A stretch of DNA of 64,000 bases from NCBI RefSeq assembly GCF_001194135.2, contig NC_068982.1, positions 153,669,725 to 153,733,724 on the forward strand, in the 5' to 3' direction. Source of the DNA: Octopus bimaculoides. Taxonomy: Eukaryota. Shown here one piece after another: positions 1-10,500 of the stretch (the first letter of the stretch is position 1; each line of letters starts with the position of its first letter). The translations under genes were made by a program, and so were the position numbers. The notes below the pieces were generated by a model, which was not told where the DNA came from, did no database searches, and worked only from the letters and a program-made list of their open reading frames with translations.

Positions 1-223
1 TTTGATTGTGGCCATGTTGGAACTCTGCCTTGAAGGGTTTTAGTCGAAGAAATCGTCCCCAGGACTTATTCACTTTAAGCCTAGTACTTATTCTATCGGA
101 CCTTTTGCCGATCCGCTAATTTTGCGGGGTCATAAAAACACTAGCAACGGTTGTCAAGCGTTGGTGGTCGGACAAACACAGACGCAAAAACACACACACA
201 TAAATATATGCACACACACACAC
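1..223 (-). mobile_element. tRNA-derived SINE family A, 3' half (runs into gap)
   Basis: Reverse complement matches the 3' part of the SINE copy at 28772-29150 (ggttgtcaagcg...gacaaacacaga; ccaggacttatt; ggccatgttggaac) and the copy at 7800-8157. Confidence 0.8.
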
Positions 224-283
224 NNNNNNNNNNNNNNNNNNNNNNNNNNNNNNNNNNNNNNNNNNNNNNNNNNNNNNNNNNGC

Positions 284-411
284 TTGTGTTACGTGGTTAA
301 AGTATATATTTAAATTATGTCAGAAAAATGTTATAAAATTTTTTTGGTCCAAAAAATTTTATAACATTTTTCTGACATAATTTAAATATATACTTTAACC
401 ATATAACACAA
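284..411. repeat. Near-perfect ~60-bp inverted repeat (hairpin) with ggtcc loop
   Basis: ttgtgttacgtggttaaagtatatatttaaattatgtcagaaaaatgttataaaatttttt is the reverse complement of 351-411, apart from a cg/ta dinucleotide. Confidence 0.9.
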
Positions 412-849
412 ACCTTCTGTAGTTTTTTCACTCTTATTATCTTTTATATATATATATATATATATATCTCAGAGGATCAGAGAAATTGTAAATCAAATCC
501 CTTTTTTTACTATCTTCATTTCTCCCTTGTTTTTATCCCTCTTAACTCAGTATGACTGAAACTTTGATGATATTCATTTCTTGTCGATCACTACAAACAC
601 TAACGAGCTTTGTACACTTAAACAGATTGTTGTACAGTTTAAATATCATGGACTGTTATGAACATTTAAACTTGTCAACATCGAATTTTTTTTTTAATGT
701 TTTTCTAATTCATCATTCTAAAATCCAGAACATTTAATTTATAATACAAATATATTGCAGAGTGCAGAGTAGTTATAATAGATGCGTAATGTCCCTTACA
801 CTTGTTTCTAGCATTGCTTTTCTGATAAGTTCCGAAATGTATACTCAAT

Positions 850-2420
850 TATTATCAAAGAGTATATGAACTTCATCCACAAGGATCTAAGTATATCCTA
901 CAAAACTGTTGGAAAGTCCGCCTTGGATACTATTAACAATCACCACTATGAGCTTATCCATAAATTGGAAGTCGACGACAGAACTGAATCCTATACCATT
1001 AAAGCACCCCCTCTTCAATATTGTTAGGACCATATATTGGGTTTTAATATTAAGCCATCAATCACACTCATCGTTCCTACAAAATCTGATCTCGGACGAA
1101 ACAGTTAGTATATTCTAGACTGGACTGCATCAATTGTCAAACACAAGCTGAATCTTAACCTTTGGTCATGCACGGGTGAAGTGATTACCTGGTTTCAGCT
1201 TCTCGAGAATAAGAATAGTTCCTCTTTCTTCCAGTTCGACATTAATGACTATTATAGCTCTATCTCTCCTATCCTCATTAACAAAGCCTTTACCCTTGTT
1301 AGAAAGCTCACTAATATTACATCTCTAGAAATATATATTATACTAAGCGCTAAAAAGACTTTCATTGCTTTCAATAAGAAACTTCAGTATTTAGCCTCTA
1401 ATAATGAATTCTTCGATATAACCATGGGCTCCTAAACTTGGCTTAGGTCGCTAACCTTGTCGAGCTGTATCACCTTCAGTAACTTCGTATGTGCTTCCTA
1501 GCAATCCATGATGGACTTTATTGTGATAACGTTCTTCTCGTAGCTACCGGCCTGTCCAAACCAGCTCTTGAGAGAACTAGAAAAGCACTCCATAAGTTTT
1601 TTTTTCTTTTTGCAAAGTTGAGCCTAAATATTGCATTTGAGGATACTACAAAAATAGCAAACTTCCTTGATGTAGCCCTAGAGCTAAAATGTTTTCTATA
1701 TATTCTCTGTACCATAAGCCTAATGAATATCTCAGGTATATCAATGCCTTTTGTAATCACCATAGTTCTATTTTAAATAGCGTAATTAAGGGTATCTCTA
1801 TTAGAATTTCTGATTTGTCGGTAGCTGAAAAAATATTTAATAACTATGCTACCTATCATAATCAAGCACTATCCGTCAGCTGTTTCTCACAGAAAATAAG
1901 ATGTTTGTCTAATACAAAGCTTAAGAACTATCTTACACAAAAAGATCCTAATTCTATGCCCCGCAAAACAACGAATATAACACTACCCACTAGAGATAGG
2001 AGTATTCGACCTAATACCCCACTCAGTAACAATCAACCTACTGAACGTATCCAACAGCTTTCCAAAGCCACCCCCCACCCCAAAAAATAACATACAAAAT
2101 ATAACCCTAAAGATAGAGTTGCATCCCAAATCCCCACTAGGAAATGGAATTCTACGCCTCCAAGATTACCTAATAAAAGAGCGGGCTAGAACCATACTTT
2201 GGTATGCACCCGCCCTCTCCTTAAATGTTAGGGGCCTATCATAGCAATTTATTGTCATTATCAAATCTGACTTCCCACTTCACCATAAGTACCATTCAAT
2301 CTTTAACAGATCGACGATTAAATTATCGTATTCAACAACACCTACTATCAGATCTATCACAGCCGCATCTAATAAGCGCAAATTTAATAGACATAACCAA
2401 CCACAACTAAGGATAATAAA
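850..2420 (+). mobile_element. Decayed Penelope-like element (Naiad-like) reverse transcriptase, thumb and linker
   Basis: Frameshifted translation gives KLEVDDRTE...PTKSDLGR, WFQLLENKNSSSFFQFDINDYYSSISP, FDITMGS, GLYCDN (YRDD site), ANFLDVALEL, YHKPNEYLRYINAFCNHHSSIL, ILWYAPALSLNV and KYHSIFNRSTIKLSYSTTP. These are PLE RT motifs of the FDVTMGSxDGAE / IIWFNPPFS type. Multiple stops and frameshifts. Confidence 0.88.
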
Positions 2421-2448
2421 ACTAATAATAATAATAATAATAATAATA

Positions 2449-2783
2449 CCAGGCAGTGGCTCTCATGGCTTCTGATCTTAATTGATTGGAAGTGTAATCA
2501 TGTACATTGTTTTGTCTTGGTATAAAAAGATGGGCTACAGCAAATATTCTGCTCAGTACCACAGATTTGCTTGTCAGTTGTTTGACCTTAACCAGTTGAG
2601 CATGTCCCTTGGTGGCTGACGATATGTGCATCTCTGATCATGAGCAGAAGTAGTGGGAGAGCATCATAGTCATGTGTTGAGAGGAATTCTTTGGGGTTTG
2701 AATAATTCACCTTTGTAAACATGGGTGTTTTGTTCAACATCCTCAAACAAACCTTATTCAGGGACCTTTTGAGCGGGATGGGC
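2449..2783. mobile_element. Interspersed repeat starting directly at a (TAA)n array (unclassified, likely non-autonomous retroelement)
   Basis: Complex GC-richer sequence begins right after (taa)n at 2423-2448 and runs into the gap. I recall it as a high-copy octopus repeat, which is not verifiable here. Confidence 0.5.
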
Positions 2784-3253
2784 NNNNNNNNNNNNNNNNN
2801 NNNNNNNNNNNNNNNNNNNNNNNNNNNNNNNNNNNNNNNNNNNNNNNNNNNNNNNNNNNNNNNNNNNNNNNNNNNNNNNNNNNNNNNNNNNNNNNNNNNN
2901 NNNNNNNNNNNNNNNNNNNNNNNNNNNNNNNNNNNNNNNNNNNNNNNNNNNNNNNNNNNNNNNNNNNNNNNNNNNNNNNNNNNNNNNNNNNNNNNNNNNN
3001 NNNNNNNNNNNNNNNNNNNNNNNNNNNNNNNNNNNNNNNNNNNNNNNNNNNNNNNNNNNNNNNNNNNNNNNNNNNNNNNNNNNNNNNNNNNNNNNNNNNN
3101 NNNNNNNNNNNNNNNNNNNNNNNNNNNNNNNNNNNNNNNNNNNNNNNNNNNNNNNNNNNNNNNNNNNNNNNNNNNNNNNNNNNNNNNNNNNNNNNNNNNN
3201 NNNNNNNNNNNNNNNNNNNNNNNNNNNNNNNNNNNNATAAATATATATATATG

Positions 3254-3306
<53 letters not shown>

Positions 3307-3654
3307 ATATGTGTGTGTAGAATCAACACCGTTTGACAGAATGGAGTAATGCTGAATCAATACATAACACTAAAATCAAAGTTACCGTGCCTCGGGTTCT
3401 AAACACTATTCAAAGTTGCGCGAACCAAAAACTTAACTCCTCAGTTTTTGATTAGTTAATGGATACATACTTATTTACTTTTGCTCAATATTAATGTTTC
3501 TTAATTTTATTTCTAGATTACAATCCTATTACAAGTATAGTTGATTATGATTTATATAGCAGAAATCTATACTTTCTTCCTCTATATCATGTTCATCTTC
3601 TGCTGTCATAGATGCAGCTATTTCTGTTTCTATAATATTATTATTTCCACCGTC

Positions 3655-3655
3655 G

Positions 3656-3706
<51 letters not shown>

Positions 3707-3750
3707 ACAACAACAACAACTACAACAGCAGCAGGAGCTGTAGCGGCTAC

Positions 3751-3808
<58 letters not shown>

Positions 3809-3870
3809 ATGGTGGTGGTGGTGGTGGTGGTGGTGGTGGTGGTGGTGGTGGTGTTGCTGCTGCTGGAGGA
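3655..3870. repeat. Compound trinucleotide microsatellite (CAT)n(CAA)n...(GTA)n(GGT)n
   Basis: Directly visible arrays. Confidence 0.95.
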
Positions 3871-4319
3871 GGGGAGAAGGCGGAAAAAGCGACATTATCA
3901 CTGATGTTTTTATTTCTGTTTCAATAAAAATCACTTCTGTCTTATTTTGCAATTTGAGGTGATTTATATCCGTACGGTGAATTAGTTTTACCAATATCGT
4001 GCTGTCATCAGCTGGCTTTATCATTGACAATTCGCACATTGACAAATGGTGAGATAAAACTATATTTCATGCAATTTCAATCGCAAAATTTTACATGTTC
4101 ATGCTATATGATGTGTAGATTGCTATTATTGCTTCTGTTTTTCTTTTTGCTTTTTGTATTTTTTTTTTGTGGCTGCTTTTACATATTTTTCTTGTCTGCT
4201 GCTTTCGTGATAAGTGAGGACGTCTAAGTGGATGGAATCAATCGAATTCAACAGAAAAGCTGTGGAAAATAAATGATGATATCTCTTCAGATATTTTCCC
4301 CTCCGTCGTTATTATCGTT

Positions 4320-4392
4320 ATTCATATTGCATTTATTGTTATTATTATTATTAGCATCATCATCAGCAGCATCATCAACATCATCATCATCA

Positions 4393-4445
<53 letters not shown>

Positions 4446-4450
4446 GCTTT
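4320..4450. repeat. (ATT)n/(CAT)n microsatellite
   Basis: Directly visible arrays. Confidence 0.9.
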
Positions 4451-4921
4451 CACTTTCGGTGCTGATGCTGTTTGTTATCGCCGTTACAATTGCATTTATT
4501 AATGCTGTGGCTGTTGTCTTTTTATTATCGAAGTGGATGCATTTTCTTTCTGTTTCATTTGATTCTGTTTCTTTTTTTTTGTTTTTTTTTGCATATATAT
4601 ATTTTCATCTGGATTATCCACTTAACTATGATCTGTTGTTTGACAAATCAAAACTTTTAATAGACAGAATAATAAAAGTGTCTATAAACATCAACACATT
4701 TTGTTCTTAATGCATTACATGTACACGTCTAATGAGGTTAACACAATTAGTTTTCTAACACATTCACAAGTTTTAAGCTTTTACGAATATCGCAGCAGAA
4801 AACTGAGCAATAGTTTTAAAATATTATTGGAGAAAAAATATATTTCACTTTTCTAACATAACAAACAATATCGATTTCCGTTCGATAAATCAAACCAACT
4901 TTTATGAAAGANNNNNNNNNN

Positions 4922-4966
<45 letters not shown>

Positions 4967-6077
4967 GTACAAATACTACTTTTTATTTTAACATTGGCAG
5001 AATGCAGCTGTACAGCATATGAAACAATGGATACCGCTGTTCATGTTGGGTTTGCCTTTCAATGAGAAATTGAATGCAAGAGAGAGGAAATGGGCGAGAT
5101 AAATAAAATAACTCAATTACATTTCTGGAATAAATTGATGCGCATATATAAAAAGAAAAACTATCATGAAATATTCCACAGTAACTTGCAAATTTTCAGG
5201 AGAGCTTCACAAAAATTTGCAACCAACTTGCAAAGAAGTATTGTATATTTCAAAAGTTTATCACAAAATCAAAATATCATTGTAAAAATGATAATTATTT
5301 TTATACAGGTCAACTCCACGAGAGTTTGATGAATAATCAGTGTTTGGTATCAACTTCAAATAAGGGTAATCTGACAAAATAAATATATTTCTAATAGTCA
5401 CAGATTCGGCCACGTTGAAGGGGAAATCATCTTATGCTTTGTACAGTATAAAAAATTAACTTCATTGCGAATACACTGTTTCGAAATGACTAAAGCACAT
5501 GACCAGAAATTGAACTTACATAAGCTACATTTCTAGAATCTTCACTATCTGGTCTGGTAAGAGTCAGATATATAGAAATGTTTTTAGATTTTAAAGCATT
5601 TTGAATCTAATAATTGTCAATCGAACATCAATATTTTATTTCTTTAAACATTACTTCACTGAATTAATAATTATATTACAGTGTGATACGACTGCGGGAT
5701 TCAATTTCAATGAGGGAAGGAGTAATGATGTCATCTCCTACAACTACAATAAAGTTATTTGATCTCTCGAGGAAGACACGTTTGAAGTAGAATAAGAATT
5801 CAGTTTCAGAAGTATAAATTTCAAAGAACATCGCGTAGAGAAATTCTTCGAAAAGATTCCATGGAAAAAATTGATAAATTGTAAGATTGATGAAAGAGTT
5901 ATGGAAAAAGAGAAGGAAATATGGAAAGAAACAGTAAATCGGAAAATGAGAGAAAATAGTTCTTGCTGCTTCTTCTAAATACGAGTGTTATACTAAATGG
6001 AATGCAGAAGTGGGCATAAATTTTGTTATTATTAACTGATATACCTTATTCAACTTACACATGTTAGACAAAAAATA

Positions 6078-6900
6078 CTACTCACTATAATCTCCATCAA
6101 GGGCAATGCATTTGCGCCAACGCAACACACGAAGCCTCTTTGAAAAACTCATGTTAGCACTATTGTCCCCCTTTTTACACACACTTTCACCTTGCTTGTT
6201 TCATGAAATACTTGTCATTTGCACTAACATGTAGATGACGGAGGGAACATAATCCTGGATTGTACAGTGGATAAGTTACCACTGGCCAGCCCGATTTGCG
6301 CATATGCTTGATCTGTTGCTAAAAATGTGCATAATCACTCATTGTCATCACTCATATAGATTGTTTTCAGATTCTTGTCAAGTTCCTTCATCTTTATGGA
6401 TTTTGTATATTTTGGAGTCTCAGTGTACTATTCTCTGTTCACTGTACAGTCGTCTGCCAAATAATCAAGGTAATGACAACTTTGGCACTCCCCTAGAGTG
6501 CCACCATGATTTTCTTTGCTGATCTTTGGTTCTTGAATATCTTAGATCAGGGCATGATATGTGACGCCATTTATGGATAGCACTATCCTTTCTTGGTCTT
6601 AAAGACATGCCCACGTTACACCCACGTCATGAAGACGAAAAAGAAGAGCCTTCATTGATTTAAAATTCCTCCAGCTGATCAAAAGAGACTTCCAGTCTTC
6701 TGTCCTTTAAATCAGGTATCAGCTGCCGAGTGAACCATTCTTCACACGCTTGCCAATATTTACATTCCCCCACTACTTTCTGAAACGCACTGTAACAATT
6801 ATCTAGGTGCGTAGCAAGCTTGAGGTTTGTGAGTCGTCTGACCCCGTGAATCAATTCGTCCCCTTGCTAGCGAATGCAGTTATGAAGGTGTTGCGCTCAA
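6078..6900 (-). pseudogene. Mariner transposase remnant
   Basis: Minus-strand RRLTNLKLATHLD...EEWFTRQLIPDLKDRRLEVS (HTH and WVPRxL region), KIFKNQRSAKKIMVAL (SAGKVM), GWPVVTYPLYNPGL (HPPYSPDL) and C-terminal RWRKCIALDGDYSE*. Frameshifted. Confidence 0.88.
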
Positions 6901-6924
6901 AGAAAGTGGGTACACATATATGCA

Positions 6925-7010
6925 TATATTATTTTATTGACCCCGAAGTAAAATCCTATCAAAGCCAGAAAAGTAAGCTGGCTTCGATAGAATTTAAAAT
7001 CAGAGTGTAA
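6925..7010 (+). mobile_element. SINE-like repeat family C fragment
   Basis: ttttattgaccccgaag...tcgatagaatttaaaatcagagtgtaa resembles the copies at 7270-7400, 25985-26165 (reverse) and 53560-53680. Confidence 0.5.
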
Positions 7011-7269
7011 ACAGTGGGAACGATTTTTCGATTTAATTGAAAACCTCAGCAATTTCGAAGGCTGAAGTTGATTACAGCGATAGTTGTACTTCACTTTACT
7101 GATTTCAAAACTGTGAAAGGCACAGATATCTCGGCAAGATTAAACTCAGATTGATTGTATATAGTCACATCAATCACTGCAAGGAATTTTTCTAATGATT
7201 TAAAAGTTCTGTCAAGATACTGCTCTTAATAACAAAAATACTAAATACTTCAAATTTTGGCACAAAACT

Positions 7270-7400
7270 AGCAATTTTAGGGGAAATGTGTAAGTCAATT
7301 ACATAGGCTCCAGTGCTCAGTTGTTACTCATTTTATTGACTACAAGCGAATGTAAGACATTGTAGACCTCGGTGGTATTTTAATTCAAAATGTAGAAACT
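7270..7400 (+). mobile_element. SINE-like repeat family C fragment
   Basis: ttttattgactacaagcgaatgtaagacattgtagacctcggtggtattttaattcaaaatgtag matches the family seen reversed at 25985-26165. Confidence 0.5.
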
Positions 7401-7799
7401 TGGAAAAAAATCTCTCTTAAAATTGTGTCCGACGTGTTAATAATTGTGCCTACTCGACGCCGTTATCTCTTTTTTCTAAGTAATAAAAGGCCAGCTGGAG
7501 GGGTACCCACCTATCTTGTTATTTTTCCCCATACATTCCAGACGTACATCGAAGAAGGCGTTACCATCACCACTAAAGAGCAGGATGTTCGCATAAAACA
7601 TTTGAAGACGCCTATACAAAATTGACGGCCCTTTTCAGGGAGAAAATTCATGGCGACTATGGAACAACGACGTACCGTCCGAGTCCATATTTCGAGGCTC
7701 AGGCCTTTTCGAAACTGTAGCATCAGCTCGCACCTAATCCCGGACCGAGTAAAAAATGCGACCACCTTGAAAAAATTTCATTCGAATGAATCAACTGTA

Positions 7800-7945
7800 G
7801 TACTTATGTTCTTAAGCCTGGTACCTTTCTTATCGATCTTTTGCTGAACAATTAAGTTACGGGAACACAAACACACCAACACCGGTTGTCAAGCGACTGT
7901 GGGAGACAAACACAGACACGAAGTCACACACACACACAGACACAG

Positions 7946-7976
<31 letters not shown>

Positions 7977-8157
7977 TACTTATACATATACGACGGGCTT
8001 CTTTCAATTTCCGTCTACCAAATATACTCACAAGGCATTGGTCAGCCCAAGGTAATAGTAGAAGACACTTACCCAACGTGTCATGTTGTGGAACTGAACT
8101 CGGAACCATGTAGTTAGAAAGCAAGCTTCTTACCACGCAACCACGACTGTGCCTACA
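7800..8157 (-). mobile_element. tRNA-derived SINE family A, near full length
   Basis: Reverse complement has a tRNA-like head (gtcgtggttgcgtggtaagaagcttgc...ggttccgagttcagttcc), gacggaaattgaaagaagcccgtcg, an internal (CA)n and the 3' domain. Homologous to 28772-29150. Confidence 0.9.
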
Positions 8158-8550
8158 TGTTGTTGTTGTTGGCACTCCATCGCTTTCGACGTCGAGGTTT
8201 CCAGTTGATCCGATCAACGGAACAGCCTGCTCGTGAAATTAACGTGCAAGTGGCTGAGCACTCCAGCGACACGTGTACCCTTAACGTAGTTCTCGGGGAT
8301 ATTCAGCGTGACACAGTGTGACAAGGCTGGCCCTTTGAAATACAGGTACAACAGAAAGAGGAAGTAAGAGTGAGAGAAAGTTGTGGTGAAAGAGTACAGC
8401 AGGGTTCGCCACCATCCCCTGCCGGAGCCTCGTGGAGCTTTAGGTGTTTTCGCTCAATAAACACTCACAACGCCCGGTCTGGGAATCGAAATCGCGATCC
8501 TATGACCGCGAGTCCACTGCCCTAACCACTGAGCCATTGCGCCTCCACTT
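8158..8550 (-). mobile_element. tRNA-derived SINE family B, full length with (CAA)n tail
   Basis: Reverse complement starts ggaggcgcaatggctcagtggttagggc (A box)...gatttcgattccc (B box) and ends gagtgccaacaacaacaa. Second copy at 46878-47225. Confidence 0.9.
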
Positions 8551-9626
8551 TGCCTGCATACATACATACATACATACATACATACATACATACATACATA
8601 CATCATGAAACAAATCCAGCTCATAGAAATGTGACTGATGAAAGTCTAATTTATGCAATGCAAAAGAGAAAGACACTACTAAAGCTCGCCTTCCTCACAA
8701 ACACCGATTCTCTTAGCGTCCCCATCTAATTTTTCGATTCTAAGCTTCCATCTTTATATTTATTCCAAAACAATATTACATGTAGATTTCTCCATTTTCA
8801 ACATATTGCTTTTCATTTCTCCCGGCTACTGTTCTCCGCCTCCGCCAACTTATTGTTTTCTTCACTTTATTTGTGTCTAAATGTCCCTTTGCTTTCTATT
8901 ACCATTACATTAGATCGCAGTCCAATATGTACAGATATATCCCTATCATCTCTCTTTCTCTTCGTTTACTTTTGCATTCTGTATCATTTATTATTTACTA
9001 TTTATACTATTTATACATTTATATTGTTACATCTCATTTTTCTGTAACCCAAACACTTGAAACGGCTTTTGTATGATTTTTTTACAACATATACATCCAT
9101 AACTTTACGAGTATATCCATATATGTACATGTGTATTAACATATATGCATACATATAAGTTTGTGGACGTATCTGTTTGCATATATACATGTGTATGTTT
9201 GCATGCGTGCTTGTAGCTGCGCACGTGCGTGCGTAACGTATGTTTTCATACATTTTTTATTCTTTAATATATTTATGTATATTTTAACTCCCGCGCATCT
9301 TTTAAAATTTTGACTTTCTACATTTTATCTCTGCTTTTCCTCTCATGTCGATACGGGTATATGTGTGTGTATATAAGAAATGCATTCGTATATATGTGGA
9401 TGTTCTTTCCCAATATAATATGTTTTTCTTTATTGGATGCATGTGTGCAAATACCGAGTTGTAAACACACGAAACAACTTATGCAAGAATACAAATGTAT
9501 ATATAAATATGGGTATGTATGTGTATATGTACATGCGTGTATGTATGTAAGCGCACATTTATATAATTATACATCTGTATATGTAAACTGTAGCTAAACA
9601 GACGGACATACGGACAGACAATCAAA

Positions 9627-9627
9627 C

Positions 9628-9688
<61 letters not shown>
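9627..9688. repeat. (GATA)n microsatellite
   Basis: Visible array; similar arrays at 14222-14288 and 58130-58213. Confidence 0.95.
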
Positions 9689-9692
<4 letters not shown>

Positions 9693-10192
9693 GCCCAGTA
9701 TCCCCGAATATTTAAGCCCTCTGCACAACCACAAACTCCCGGTTTCAATTCCATTGCGTGTTCACTTGGGTACACGTCATTTCCTCGATTTGATGCGTAC
9801 CTCATGAGCAGATTGGATGGACGGAATGTATATTGCACTTGTAATTCGGGCTGATTCTACCTGAGGATATTGTATATCGGTTTTGGAATACTCAGTCATC
9901 TAGATATTGATTCAGCATTATCGAACAAACAAATAAATTCTCAGCGCCGAACGACAGAGATCTACACCATATATATANNNNNNNNNNNNNNNNNNNNNNN
10001 NNNNNNNNNNNNNNNNNNNNNNNNNNNNNNNNNNNNNNNNNNNNNNNNNNNNNNNNNNNNNNNNNNNNNNNNNNNNNNNNNNNNNNNNNNNNNNNNNNNN
10101 NNNNNNNNNNNNNNNNNNNNNNNNNNNNNNNNNNNNNNNNNNNNNNNNNNNNNNNNNNNNNNNNNNNNNNNNNNNNNNNNNNNNNNNNNNNN

Positions 10193-10237
<45 letters not shown>

Positions 10238-10339
10238 GCATGTACGTATACATGCATGCATATATGGGTAAAGGACGTAACCAACAGTAAACAACATGAA
10301 ATACGAAAACAAATGAGTTCACTACGCAACCAACGAGAG

Positions 10340-10500
10340 AAACAAATGAAAAGCAGGAAAGTAACATAAAGAACGACCCTTCATCAGTTTTCGGCTGTCT
10401 AACTACTCCTCATTTCGAGCACTGAACGACAATATGAGTCTTCGAAGCCAATTGCTCGCATAAGTACCAGAATAAAATTTGGGATTTATGGTTGTCAAAG
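10340..10500 (-). repeat. Interspersed repeat next to a pyrimidine-rich tract (Penelope terminal-repeat-like)
   Basis: Reverse complement aligns with 23785-23950 (aaatcccaaattttatt...tgctcgaaat...acagccga.aactgatgaag.gtcgttctttatgtt). Confidence 0.7.

Noticed and set aside
2721-3360. Long ORFs in the track that span N runs or microsatellites (also 9870-10367, 21907-22883, 34160-34721, 36828-37562, 43554-44019, 57482-58127, 63041-63425)
   Set aside because: Their length comes from gap characters and (TA)/(CA) repeats, not coding sequence.
3541-4710. Poly-Ile/Ser/Gly/Leu ORFs resembling low-complexity or membrane proteins (also 17354-17834, 60576-60815)
   Set aside because: They are translations of trinucleotide microsatellites, open in several frames and on both strands.
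8158-8550. tRNA gene suggested by A and B boxes
   Set aside because: The tRNA-like head continues into a SINE body and tail present in several copies, so it is not a stand-alone tRNA.
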